DNA of 64,000 nt from a bacterium. Its GTDB lineage: Bacteria; SAR324; XYD2-FULL-50-16; G965216635. The notes beneath the pieces were generated by a model. That model did no database searches. It was not told the origin of the DNA and saw only the letters and a program-made list of their open reading frames with translations. The stretch is taken from the NCBI GenBank assembly GCA_965216635.1, contig OZ244188.1:736001-800000 (forward strand), written 5' to 3'. Below, in pieces: positions 9,334 to 19,189 of this stretch (the first letter of the stretch is position 1; each line of letters begins with the position of its first letter). The translations under genes were made by a program, and so were the position numbers.

Positions 9334-10326
9334 TTATATTTTTTTGTTTTTAATAATTATACGAGCATACTTTTCTTTACCACCCATACAAAAACGACTA
9401 ACCTTTCCTGTTGCTTCTTCAATCAAAACCCTATCAATTCCTAAAATCTCAAACTGGTCGGGATTATATTTATCCATAAAAGTTATTGGCACACCCATAG
9501 CACCTTTATAATCCTTCGGAATATCTTTTGTTTTATCCACATTGATTGCATCGTAATTATCGTATTTTGGGTATTTTTTTTCGTCATACCTCTCATGAAG
9601 AAGTAAATCTTCGTGTCTTTCTTCATAATCTAAATTAGTATACCAACGAATACCTTTAACTCTAATAAATTTATTACCCTGTTCATCAATTCTACTAGCC
9701 GCTGCGGTTAATGGATAATCTTCAGGAACGCCAAATTCTCTATCTCCGCTATGGATACTATGTCCGAGCCAAATTTTATTTTCTTTAATCAATTTAAATA
9801 TTTCCTTGTAAGTTATGGCGTTTTGGTTGCCAATGATTATAAATTTTTTATCGTATTTCATTAGCTGGGTAACATATTCTCTGAATAAAGAAAAAGGCGG
9901 ATTGGTTGAGACAATATCAGCTTGTTTCAAAAGATCAATACATTCCTCGCTACGAAAATCGCCATCACTTTTGAGGTAATGAATACCGATATCCTCAGGG
10001 TCGGGAACTCTATTATCCTGTTTATCGCCGTTATATTCTAAGGAAATTGCTTTTTCGCAGTCATTTTGACTGAATAAATTCATATTTTGGCTTTTATAGC
10101 AAGTAGTATTAAGTTTTTTAAGCCCTAAGTGCTCAAAACTGTAGGAAAAATAATGGAAAAATTTACTTACTCTCGGGTCATCACAATTACAAAAAATAAC
10201 CTTGCCTTTAAAGTGATCTTTATAATGTATCAGCTCTTTTTCAATATCAGAAAGTTGAGTATAGAACTCGTCTTGCTTTGCGATACTTGCCTTATGCAAA
10301 TTTTTATTTGATATTTCTTTTTTCAT
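9334..10326 (-). CDS. Adenine-specific DNA methyltransferase, EcoRI family
   Basis: DEFYT, IFCNCDDP, GDFRS.EC, TNPPFSLFREY, GVPITF. Confidence 0.9.
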   Translation of the reverse strand: MKKEISNKNLHKASIAKQDEFYTQLSDIEKELIHYKDHFKGKVIFCNCDDPRVSKFFHYFSYSFEHLGLKKLNTTCYKSQNMNLFSQNDCEKAISLEYNGDKQDNRVPDPEDIGIHYLKSDGDFRSEECIDLLKQADIVSTNPPFSLFREYVTQLMKYDKKFIIIGNQNAITYKEIFKLIKENKIWLGHSIHSGDREFGVPEDYPLTAAASRIDEQGNKFIRVKGIRWYTNLDYEERHEDLLLHERYDEKKYPKYDNYDAINVDKTKDIPKDYKGAMGVPITFMDKYNPDQFEILGIDRVLIEEATGKVSRFCMGGKEKYARIIIKNKKI

Positions 10327-10396
10327 TTTATTTTTTCATAGAGTTTTTTTTAGACTACAATCTAGATATAATAAAATTTAACAAAAAACAAAAGTC

Positions 10397-10433
10397 TTTT
10401 CAAAACTCTTTTCAAAATTCTTTTCAAAACTCT
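10397..10433. repeat. 12-nt tandem repeat x3 (TTTTCAAAAYTC)
   Basis: Directly visible upstream of the MTase. Confidence 0.7.
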
Positions 10434-10445
10434 CTACAAATTATT

Positions 10446-11690
10446 TTAATTTATTTTTTGTAAAGATTCTGCTGCAAAAATAGTCAATAACAATTCTTCT
10501 CCGAACATCTCGTAAGTAGGTTTTTTTTCACTCAAAGCTTCGCTTTCACCTAGAATAATACCAACTCCTTCTCCTCTTCTTTCTAAAAAATATTTTCTGT
10601 TGACCTGCATTGCCATATCGTTCTCTAAAGTGATTTCAGATAATAAACGTGATAAAAGTGGATTGCGAGAAATTTGGTTGTAAGCCAAATTATCTACTGT
10701 TAGAGCATTAGCCAAAGCCCCTGGCGAATAAATTTCAAGTCTATCCGAAAACATAAATAAACGGATTTTTGACATATATTTTGAATAATCCCTATGCACA
10801 ACTGCGTTCACAATCGCTTCAAAAACAGCTTTCATACTATACTGAGGTTTTTCTACTCTTCCAATATTTTTGGTAGCAGATACCGTATTATGTTTTTGGA
10901 CAAATTTAAAAGCATCTACAATTTGTCTATCTAGTGTGCCTGTAAAGTCTTTGGCGTCAATTTGATAGTTTGCATCTTTTGTTTTTCCGTTGTAGTAGAC
11001 TGCTTGAATAAAACTATGGTAAAGATAATCTTCAGGCTTACTATTGCACATCAACAGACCTGATACAGAGGCGGAATAATCACCGTTTTTTTTGACGAGC
11101 AGACGTCGTTTTAACAATAAATCTATCTCATCGTTTGGGTTTTCTGCGATGAATTTTTGGTAAAATTCTTTTTGTAAAGTTTCCTTATTTGTTTTTGGGA
11201 CAATTTGCTCGTCAAAATAAATAATTCTTGCTTGAGAACGACTATTACCTATTCTCAAAATCTGTTCTGTAGTCATTGGTTTTTTAGATTCAGCGTGTCT
11301 ATAAAAAAAACCATTCCTAGTTTTGTGCAACCATAAACTTTTGCCTATTTCCATATATACCAAGTTTTTTTCTTCTCCCATTTCATTGGGTATTTTGATA
11401 TTATCAACATAGAAATCCACCAAAGCAGGTTCTAGTGAATCGCTGCAAATCTCTCCTATGAAGCGTATCAGTTTTTTTGATAAAGAATGTTCAATGCCTA
11501 TTATTTGGTGGGTTTTATCGGTTACGCCAAAAATAATTAGCCCGCCTTGGTGGTTTGCAAAAGCCACAATTTCATCTGCAAAATTATCTCTAGAGGATTG
11601 CAATTTTGTATTAGGATAAATTTCTTTAAACTCTACACCAGAATTTTCTCCAGAGTGTATTTTTTCTAAAATTTCATTGCTTGTTAACAT
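10446..11690 (-). CDS. AlbA_2/Schlafen-like domain + HATPase_c_4 (RecG C-terminal-like) protein
   Basis: GENSGVEFKE, IVAFANHQGG.IIFGV.D, EAIVNAVVHRDY, DRLEIYSPG, ERRGEG; start ATG 11690 or TTG 11699. Confidence 0.85.
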   Translation of the reverse strand: MLTSNEILEKIHSGENSGVEFKEIYPNTKLQSSRDNFADEIVAFANHQGGLIIFGVTDKTHQIIGIEHSLSKKLIRFIGEICSDSLEPALVDFYVDNIKIPNEMGEEKNLVYMEIGKSLWLHKTRNGFFYRHAESKKPMTTEQILRIGNSRSQARIIYFDEQIVPKTNKETLQKEFYQKFIAENPNDEIDLLLKRRLLVKKNGDYSASVSGLLMCNSKPEDYLYHSFIQAVYYNGKTKDANYQIDAKDFTGTLDRQIVDAFKFVQKHNTVSATKNIGRVEKPQYSMKAVFEAIVNAVVHRDYSKYMSKIRLFMFSDRLEIYSPGALANALTVDNLAYNQISRNPLLSRLLSEITLENDMAMQVNRKYFLERRGEGVGIILGESEALSEKKPTYEMFGEELLLTIFAAESLQKIN

Positions 11691-11695
11691 ATAAA

Positions 11696-14308
11696 TCAAT
11701 CCTCCAAATGTATACGTTTATACCGCTGACTAAAAGCATCCTGTCCGCCTTCTAAAATATTACAGATTTTTTCTCTTATCTCTTGGTTTTGGATACTCGC
11801 AGTTATTTTAATATGAGTTTTATTATTTTCTACTAATAAAGGGATTACCATCTCGGCATCACCATTAACCACAATATTAGCATTATGCGTAATGATAATA
11901 ATTTGGCGTTTGCTCTTAGTAGCCCGTATTTGTTTAACTATCAGGTCGTAAATCAGCTCATTATCTAGGTCATCTTCTGGCTGGTCTAATAATAATGGCT
12001 CTGCACCGTAGGAGAGAATAAATGCCAATAAAGCGGCACATTTTTGTCCTGGCGATCCTTGCCTTATTTTTTGATTACTCTTACCAAAAGTAATATTGAG
12101 GTCGTCTTCAGGGAACCATAATTCAAGATCAATTAGGAATTCTGGAGACAGTTTTTTTAAGTGGTTATAAAAACTTCCATGTTGAGCCTGTTTTTGGTTA
12201 TTATAAATTTCTTTTATATTACTTTTTAATACTTTAAAATTATTTTGATATACTAAATCTTCAATATCTTTCTCAAACCTCCAATCATTACAATGTAAAA
12301 TATCCCGAATCTGTTTTTCTACTCTTTTTTTTTCTTCAGCAAAAAGTTTTATTGTAATATTTACTGTTTGATTATCTTTCAAAACATCGTTTAAAAAAGT
12401 AGTTCTATTTTTCGTCAATTGTTCTCTATTTTTTACAATTTCATTAAATATTTCAGTTTTTTTCTTTTCTAATTCTCTTACTTCTAAAATATAATTTTCT
12501 ATTTGAGATAAGTCTTTTTTTGTTTGTGCTTGTTGTTGCAGTAGCAATGGATATTTTTCTGGGTCTATTTTTTGTTGTGCTAGCTGTGTTTTTATTTGCT
12601 CGTATTTTGCGATTTCTGCTTTTAATATTGTCATCCACTCTGATTGATTCTTTACTTGCTGCCAATTATCAATAATGGATTGCGCACTTTCTGATAATTT
12701 TACTACCACTTCTTTAATATTTGTCCACTCTTTATTGCTTTTATTGAGTGCTTCTAAAATTTCATTGTGGTTACTGAAAGTTTGTTCATCAAAACTTATA
12801 GGACTGGCATATTTTTCTACTTCTTTAAGTGATTCAAGCATTTTTTGCCACTCGCTTTCTATGCTTTGAATTGCATGGAGTTGTAATTGACGTGTGCGAT
12901 AATTTTGCAAAACTTCTTTATGCCCTGATTTTTCTATTTGTTGAATTTGTCTAGCTACATCATTGGTACGACCTAGTAGGGTATTTTTTTTAGCAATTTT
13001 TTTTTTTAATTCATCGATTCGATGGCAGATTTTTTTGTATTGGTTACAGAATTCCCAGCGGTTATTTTGTAAATTTTCATAAGCTACTTGAGGGTCTCTA
13101 TCAATAATATTTAGCAATGCTTGAGGGTCTTTGGAGAGTTCAAAAATTTGTTTTTGGCTATAAATATGCACTGGAAAAAGAGAATTTATTTCTCCGCTTT
13201 CTGATTTCCAGTTGCTACCATCGTGGACTTCTAACGAGTTTATATTAGCATCTGCAGTCCAATTTAATCTATAACGGGTATCGTTTTTTCTATAAATTAA
13301 TGACAACCTACTTTCAGTTGTGAGTAAATTATCACCGCCTACTTGGAAATATTTATCACTATCACCTTCTTCTGGAATTTCTTTATGTCTTCTAAATACA
13401 AAACGCATAAATTCCAGTAATGTAGATTTACTACTACCTCGGCTACCAATAATGGTATTGAGAAAAGGGCTAAACTCACAAGTGAAAGCGTCATCTCTGC
13501 CGATATATTTTGCCTTATCTATTTCTATTGATTCAATTAAAAATTCTGTGTGTTGGTTTGGCTTATCTTGCATATCACGGTTTACAGAAATTTTACCGTC
13601 AATCAAGGCAAGTTTTAATCCTTCAATAGAAGGCTCATCCATTTTAATCCAAGTAAAACAATCAAGTGTATCTTGCTTAAAATTGTGTGTATCAGAGCCT
13701 ATTATTTCCGTCCATTGCAATTTTTTACTATTATATAACTCTGGTTTTTGGTATTCACTATCAAGAAGTTCCATAGAGTAAATATTTTTATTATCTAATA
13801 TTTGTGCTAATGTGTTGCCTGGCAGTTTTTTAAATAAACCGTTTTTTTTATCCACATGCGCTGGGATAGCAATGCCATTATGTTGTGTGATGATATTAAC
13901 AACATCTGTTATTGATTTACTGGTAACCCCATCACTTGAACCTTTTGTACTTGTGTAGCCCACTGCACCAATTAAACTATCAATATCACTGGTGCTTTTT
14001 TCTAAGCCGAATATTGCTAAAATATGCACTCCACCATTGGCTGAAATTTCTACACCAGGGAATAGGTATAAAGGGCGGTACCAATCAGGTTGATTGTTTC
14101 TTAATTCTTCTAGTTTTTGTTTTAATTTATCTATCCAAACTCCGCTGTTATGGTCGGTGATTGCTACGCAGTCTATCTCTTTTTCCATAAACTTTTGTAA
14201 CCAAAACTCGGGTGTAATTGTTTTATCAGAAAAATCATCTGATGCAGGTGTATGGGTGTGAAAATCAAATTTCCACCATTTAGCGCCTGGGTATTTATAT
14301 GGATTCAT
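11696..14308 (-). CDS. PHP domain + SMC/ABC-type ATPase (TrlF/Ppl-like anti-phage protein)
   Basis: WWKFDFHTHTPAS, AITDHN, PGVEIS, PAH, GSDTH; Walker A GSRGSSKST, coiled coil, SPGQK, LLLDQPEDDLDN, ITHN. Confidence 0.88.
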   Translation of the reverse strand: MNPYKYPGAKWWKFDFHTHTPASDDFSDKTITPEFWLQKFMEKEIDCVAITDHNSGVWIDKLKQKLEELRNNQPDWYRPLYLFPGVEISANGGVHILAIFGLEKSTSDIDSLIGAVGYTSTKGSSDGVTSKSITDVVNIITQHNGIAIPAHVDKKNGLFKKLPGNTLAQILDNKNIYSMELLDSEYQKPELYNSKKLQWTEIIGSDTHNFKQDTLDCFTWIKMDEPSIEGLKLALIDGKISVNRDMQDKPNQHTEFLIESIEIDKAKYIGRDDAFTCEFSPFLNTIIGSRGSSKSTLLEFMRFVFRRHKEIPEEGDSDKYFQVGGDNLLTTESRLSLIYRKNDTRYRLNWTADANINSLEVHDGSNWKSESGEINSLFPVHIYSQKQIFELSKDPQALLNIIDRDPQVAYENLQNNRWEFCNQYKKICHRIDELKKKIAKKNTLLGRTNDVARQIQQIEKSGHKEVLQNYRTRQLQLHAIQSIESEWQKMLESLKEVEKYASPISFDEQTFSNHNEILEALNKSNKEWTNIKEVVVKLSESAQSIIDNWQQVKNQSEWMTILKAEIAKYEQIKTQLAQQKIDPEKYPLLLQQQAQTKKDLSQIENYILEVRELEKKKTEIFNEIVKNREQLTKNRTTFLNDVLKDNQTVNITIKLFAEEKKRVEKQIRDILHCNDWRFEKDIEDLVYQNNFKVLKSNIKEIYNNQKQAQHGSFYNHLKKLSPEFLIDLELWFPEDDLNITFGKSNQKIRQGSPGQKCAALLAFILSYGAEPLLLDQPEDDLDNELIYDLIVKQIRATKSKRQIIIITHNANIVVNGDAEMVIPLLVENNKTHIKITASIQNQEIREKICNILEGGQDAFSQRYKRIHLED

Positions 14309-14373
14309 ATTCTTATTCTTTATAAAATTGATTTTATAAAAATCTTTTATTTTTTACAAAGTATTTTTAGCAT

Positions 14374-15114
14374 CTACAATTCTTTGCTGCTATAGTTTAT
14401 TTCTGCTTCGGATTTTCGTAAAAAAGTGGGTTTTTGATTTTGATACTTGCTGAGAGAAGGACGGTTTAATAGATAACGAGCAAGATTGCTGGATAAAAGA
14501 TAATTTTTAGTAATAAAATTCTGTTTTTTTGCTATTTTCCAATCTTGATTTTCTTGGAGCCAAGAAATTCCACTTCCTACTAAAAAATCTTCTTTTTTTA
14601 TTTTTTTGATAAATTCTTCAGGTGTCTGTATTTTGGGTTTTGTTGGTTTTTCTGTAAGTAGGCAATTTTGAGAAAAATCGGATGTATAAAGTTCCCCTTT
14701 GTATGCCTTAAGTGCTACTCTAATCATTTGCTTTTCTTGGATTTTTTTGGAGTAAAGAGCAGCAAGAGCACTGGTTTTTAGACTATCTAAGCTATAGATA
14801 GGTGTTTTTAGTCCCAAACCTATAGCTAGGACGCTAGATAAAACTATTCTAATGGCAGTGAAAGCGCCCGGACCTGTTGTCGTTATTAGCGCCGTGATTT
14901 CTTCTTTTTTGAGTCCTGTTTTTTTTAAAATAGAATCTAATGCAGGTATAAGATATTCAGAGATTGTGTAATTTTTTGAGGGGTAGATTTCTTCTTTGGT
15001 AAGCATAAAAACTTTAGCTTGAGATACGGCAAAAACAGATAAGGAAAAATCACCAGAACTTCCTTCAAGACTTAAAAATATTTTTTTTTTATTTTTTTCT
15101 TTTTTTTGTTTCAT
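14374..15114 (-). CDS. tsaB: tRNA threonylcarbamoyladenosine biosynthesis protein TsaB
   Basis: LIPALDSIL, TTGPGAFTAIRI, C-terminal PTFLRKSEAE. Confidence 0.85.
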   Translation of the reverse strand: MKQKKEKNKKKIFLSLEGSSGDFSLSVFAVSQAKVFMLTKEEIYPSKNYTISEYLIPALDSILKKTGLKKEEITALITTTGPGAFTAIRIVLSSVLAIGLGLKTPIYSLDSLKTSALAALYSKKIQEKQMIRVALKAYKGELYTSDFSQNCLLTEKPTKPKIQTPEEFIKKIKKEDFLVGSGISWLQENQDWKIAKKQNFITKNYLLSSNLARYLLNRPSLSKYQNQKPTFLRKSEAEINYSSKEL

Positions 15115-15168
15115 TTGGAAGGTTCATTTTGAGTTCTTATTTTTAGGTTTTACTTTTAGGTCTTACTT

Positions 15169-15438
15169 TTAGGTTTTATTTGGGGGGGAGCAGAATTTCG
15201 CCCACCACTGCACGACTAATTTTTTTTCTTTTAAATGAAACTCTTCTGACGGAATTTTTTTTTCTTTATAACCGGTTCTTAAGTAATGCAGTTTAACAAG
15301 CCATTCTTCTTGACTTAGACATTCACTCCATTTTTGAAAATTTTTCTTTTTTTCTAATTTTTGATAATTTTCTTTGCTTATTTTATAGCTACTGTTTTTT
15401 ATAGCGGAAGCTAAATTGATTGTTTCTTGTTCTTGCAT
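15169..15438 (-). CDS. Hypothetical protein
   Basis: 89-aa ORF co-oriented with tsaB. Confidence 0.55.
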   Translation of the reverse strand: MQEQETINLASAIKNSSYKISKENYQKLEKKKNFQKWSECLSQEEWLVKLHYLRTGYKEKKIPSEEFHLKEKKLVVQWWAKFCSPPNKT

Positions 15439-15475
15439 AAAATGGGCTTTAAAAATTTTAATTTTTAGTTTATCA

Positions 15476-15732
15476 TAGACTTTGAATTTGCGTTCTGTTT
15501 AGCTAAAACAAGCTTATTGCTTTCACTCTATACAAGCTTTAGCAAAAGAGCCAGTGGCTCTTTTGCAGTCTATATTGTGTTAGCTTTAAGTTTTGTAGTG
15601 TTTTTTGCTACGCCATTAAAAATTTACAAAAAATGCTCACATACTATCGTGTATGCTCCGTTTTTTTGTAAATTTTGTGCCTTGCCTAGCCGTCACAGCT
15701 AGGTTTTTCCTACTTGGCAAATTCAAAAGTCT
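15476..15732. mobile_element. MITE-like element, copy 2
   Basis: TAGACTTTGAATTTGC...GCAAATTCAAAAGTCT; internal perfect hairpin at 15542-15566. Confidence 0.85.
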
Positions 15733-15742
15733 TTATTATAAT
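15714..15742 (+). promoter_or_regulatory. Hybrid sigma70-like promoter (MITE-borne -35 + flanking -10)
   Basis: TTGGCA-17bp-TATAAT upstream of the GT2 gene. Confidence 0.55.
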
Positions 15743-15765
15743 TTAAAATACAATTAAAAGTCAAA

Positions 15766-16524
15766 ATGACTCCACTAAAAACTACTAAAAAAATAAAAAA
15801 TAAGGGCTTAAATGATATGAAGGCTAATCTTAAAAAACTGATTATTATCATCCCTGTTTTTAACGAAGGCTCTAATATTCAAATTTTGCTGGAAACTCTT
15901 GCTAAACATGTTCCTCATGCCAATTTGCTTTTTGTAGATGATAATAGCAAGGATGATACAGTGAAACAAATTAAAACCTATTCTAAAAAAATAAAGGGCA
16001 CTGTGGATATTTTAAAAAGGTCTAAAAAATTAGGTTTAGGTAGTGCCTATATATCTGCTTTTAAAGCTAGTTTAAAGAAAAATTATGATTTTTTTCTTCA
16101 AATGGATGCCGATTTATCTCATAACCCTATGTATATTCCAACAATGTTTCAAATGTTATCTCACTACGACTTTGTTATAGGTAGTCGCTACACCAAAGGA
16201 GGGGGTATTTTCGGTTGGTCTTGGATTAGAAAATTCATTAGTTATGGCGGAAATTTGTATGCTAGAATTATTTTAATGTCAAAAATTAAGGATTTAACCG
16301 GGGGATTCAATTTATGGAATAGAGCAGTTTTAGAAAGTATAGATTTAGAAAAAAGTTTTGCCGATGGCTATGTTTTTCAAATAGAGTTAAAAACCAAAGC
16401 TTTTAAAGCTGGATTTAAATTTCATGAATACCCTATTCTTTTTTTAGATAGGGTTCGTGGTATATCTAAAATGGATAAAAAAATTGTTTGGGAGGCTTTA
16501 AAAAAAATCTGGACTATCCGCTAA
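15766..16524 (+). CDS. Polyprenol monophosphomannose synthase-like GT2 glycosyltransferase
   Basis: IIPVFNE, VDDNSKD, GLGSAY, QMDADLSH, IGSRY, DLTGGF. Confidence 0.9.
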   Translation: MTPLKTTKKIKNKGLNDMKANLKKLIIIIPVFNEGSNIQILLETLAKHVPHANLLFVDDNSKDDTVKQIKTYSKKIKGTVDILKRSKKLGLGSAYISAFKASLKKNYDFFLQMDADLSHNPMYIPTMFQMLSHYDFVIGSRYTKGGGIFGWSWIRKFISYGGNLYARIILMSKIKDLTGGFNLWNRAVLESIDLEKSFADGYVFQIELKTKAFKAGFKFHEYPILFLDRVRGISKMDKKIVWEALKKIWTIR

Positions 16525-16545
16525 TAAAACAGTAGAAAATCAAAA

Positions 16546-17331
16546 ATGATTCGCTTGTTGCAAAAAAAAAAAGATTTACTGCTTTATTTGAGCATTCTTT
16601 CAGGGATCGGTTTTTTGTTTTATCTGGGCAATCAAAGTTTGGGCTATCAGTGGCAATTAAGAGAAATTCCAAAGTTTTTTTTCAATAATAGTGCAGAAGG
16701 ATGGCAAGCTGGGGTTTTTTTAAAAGGATTAAAACTCACTATTGTTATTTCTATTTTAAGCTTGATTCTGGCAATTTTTTTAGGATTTTTCTCTGCTTTT
16801 CTAGCTTTATCCAATTCTATTAGTGGGGTTTTTTTCTCTAGAGTTTATGTGGAACTGATCCGCAATACTCCCATTCTGATACAACTATTTATATTTTATT
16901 ATATTTTTGCTCCTTTACTTTTTCTGGATAGGTTTTGGGCGGGAATTTTGTGCTTATCTTTTTTTGAAGGAGCCTATTCTTCGGAAATTATTCGTGGAGG
17001 CATTCAAGCTATTAAAAAAGGACAATGGGAAGCAGCTCGTAGTCTTGGGTTAAATACAAAAATAACTCTTTTAAAAGTGATTTTACCTCAATCTTTAAAA
17101 ATAGTTATTCCTCCTTTAACTAGTCAATTGCTTTCCTTGATTAAAAATTCTTCTATTGTAAGCGTAATCGCAATTTTAGATTTAGTCGCTGTTGGCAGAA
17201 ATTTAGTTGCTGACACTTTTTTGGTTTTTGAGGTGTGGTTTACAATTGCGATTATTTACTTTATTATAAATTTTATATTAACTTTTTTCATTAGATTTAT
17301 TGAAAAAAAGTATTTTAACTCCCCTACATAA
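16546..17331 (+). CDS. Polar amino acid ABC transporter permease
   Basis: YVELIRNTP, SEIIRGGI..GQWEAARSLG. Confidence 0.92.
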   Translation: MIRLLQKKKDLLLYLSILSGIGFLFYLGNQSLGYQWQLREIPKFFFNNSAEGWQAGVFLKGLKLTIVISILSLILAIFLGFFSAFLALSNSISGVFFSRVYVELIRNTPILIQLFIFYYIFAPLLFLDRFWAGILCLSFFEGAYSSEIIRGGIQAIKKGQWEAARSLGLNTKITLLKVILPQSLKIVIPPLTSQLLSLIKNSSIVSVIAILDLVAVGRNLVADTFLVFEVWFTIAIIYFIINFILTFFIRFIEKKYFNSPT

Positions 17332-17448
17332 TCATTATGACTATCAAAGAGACTTATAGAACGGACTATTTAGGTTGCTGTTCTTACTCAACTCCTTACA
17401 TAGGTGCATTGATTTGGCAGGGTTTTTATTAACCAAAAATAATTAATT

Positions 17449-18264
17449 ATGATGTATAAAATGATACTAAGAAATGTTTTTATAACGTTTCTGATTTCTT
17501 TATCGTTCTTTGGCTGTAAAAAGGAAGCTCCTAGCGTTCTTGATACTATTAAAGAGCGAGGTGTGATGAAGGTGGGATTAGGCATTTTTGTTCCTTGGGC
17601 TATGAAAGATAAACAAGGAGATTTAGTAGGATTTGAGATAGATGTAGCCAAATCCATAGCAGAAGAACTTGGAGTAGAAATTGAATTTATTCCTACCGCT
17701 TGGGACGGAATTATTCCATCCTTACTAGCTAAAAAATTTGATATTATTATTAGCGGGATGAGTATTACAGAGGAAAGGAAGGAAAAATTGAATTTCTCCA
17801 ATCCTTATGCGAGCTCTGGTTTTGGTATTTACGCTCACAAAGAAAAAGCAAAAGGCTTTGATTCACTAGATGATTTTAATAGCTCCGAAGTAAAACTTGC
17901 CGTTCGTAGAGGAGCTACTCCTGCTATTTTAGCAAAAAAACTTCTTCCTAAGGCAGAACTTTTGCTTTTTGACGAAGAATCTCAAGTGGAACAAGAAGTT
18001 CTCAACGGCAATGTCCACGCTTCTTTAGCTTCTGAACCACAACCATCCCATATGATATACAAAAACCCTGATGTATTGTTTCGGCCTGTCAATGAAATAA
18101 TACAGGAATGGTTTGAAGGTTTAGCAGTAAGAAAGGACGATGAAAAAATATTAGAATTCTTAAATCAGTGGATTGTTAAAAATACAGAAAATGGCTGGTT
18201 AAAAAAACGACATAACTATTGGTTTGCTACTTTGGATTGGGCAGATGCTGTAGGGTTCAAATAG
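17449..18264 (+). CDS. Polar amino acid ABC transporter substrate-binding lipoprotein
   Basis: Lipobox FFGC; GFEIDVA, WDGIIPSL, SGMSITEER. Confidence 0.92.
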   Translation: MMYKMILRNVFITFLISLSFFGCKKEAPSVLDTIKERGVMKVGLGIFVPWAMKDKQGDLVGFEIDVAKSIAEELGVEIEFIPTAWDGIIPSLLAKKFDIIISGMSITEERKEKLNFSNPYASSGFGIYAHKEKAKGFDSLDDFNSSEVKLAVRRGATPAILAKKLLPKAELLLFDEESQVEQEVLNGNVHASLASEPQPSHMIYKNPDVLFRPVNEIIQEWFEGLAVRKDDEKILEFLNQWIVKNTENGWLKKRHNYWFATLDWADAVGFK

Positions 18265-18267
18265 TCA

Positions 18268-19164
18268 TTGCAGGAAACCTTGAGAAATTTTATTACTACA
18301 AAAAGAAAAAAATTAGGTTTTATTGACCTGAGCATTTTTCTTTTTGTAGTTGCTATTGGTTTTTATTTTTATAATAAAATCCAAAATACTCTTGTTTATC
18401 AATGGAGATGGGAGGATCTTTGGGGCTACTTTTTTAGATGGCATCCAGAAAAAAAAGAATGGTTTTTTAATACCCTTTCTTTAGGATTGATTAGCACCCT
18501 AAAAATCATCCTTTGGTCTTTTTTTATAGCTCTTTTAGTAGGTTTTTTGCTCGCTATTATGAAAAACAGCAAAACGCCTTTATTTCGCTGGCTAGCCATC
18601 AGCTACATTGATTTTGTACGCAATATTCCTCCTTTAGTTTTTCTGTTTTTAACTTATTTTTTTTTTAGTTCACAAATCCTTCCCCATTTAGGTCTAGATA
18701 GCTTTATTTATAACCTTTCTAAACCTAAGCAAATTTTTTTAGCATTTTTTTTTATTAAGCCTACTTTATTGGAAAATTTTATTTCAGGGTTTGTAAGTTT
18801 AGCTTTTTTGGAAGCAGCCTACATGGGAGAAATTATTTGGGCGGGTATTCGCTCCATAGAAAGAGGCCAATGGGAAGCAGCCTTTAGTTTGGGATTAGCT
18901 AGATTTAGGGTATTAAAGGAAGTAGTACTACCTCAAGCGATCTTTAAAATTACTCCCGCTTTAACAGGGCAGTGCATTAATCTAGTTAAAGATTCTACAA
19001 TTTTATCTATTATATCCATTCAGGAATTAAGTTTTTCGGCAAATAATGTGATAGCTACTTCAAATTTGAGATTTGAAGTTTGGTTGACTGTTGCGGCTAT
19101 CTATTTTGTGATCTGTTTTTCGCTCTCTTTGGTGTCTAAAAGATTAGAGAGAAAGATAAGGTAA
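18268..19164 (+). CDS. Polar amino acid ABC transporter permease
   Basis: FVRNIPP, GQWEAAFSLG, LVKDS. Confidence 0.92.
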   Translation: MQETLRNFITTKRKKLGFIDLSIFLFVVAIGFYFYNKIQNTLVYQWRWEDLWGYFFRWHPEKKEWFFNTLSLGLISTLKIILWSFFIALLVGFLLAIMKNSKTPLFRWLAISYIDFVRNIPPLVFLFLTYFFFSSQILPHLGLDSFIYNLSKPKQIFLAFFFIKPTLLENFISGFVSLAFLEAAYMGEIIWAGIRSIERGQWEAAFSLGLARFRVLKEVVLPQAIFKITPALTGQCINLVKDSTILSIISIQELSFSANNVIATSNLRFEVWLTVAAIYFVICFSLSLVSKRLERKIR

Positions 19165-19189
19165 AATCCTATAAAATCGGAGAAGGAGT

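Noticed and set aside
15517..15702. Short ORFs within or overlapping MITEs (also 23573-23764, 30540-30761, 31732-31926)
   Set aside because: Translations of repeat DNA (shared SYLANSKV); no coding evidence
17388..17801. Antisense and alternative-frame ORFs over known genes (e.g. 13320, 36198, 39195, 50459, 54142)
   Set aside because: Shadows of well-supported CDSs
16546..19164. ABC transporter lacking an ATPase gene
   Set aside because: ATPases are often encoded elsewhere; not unusual
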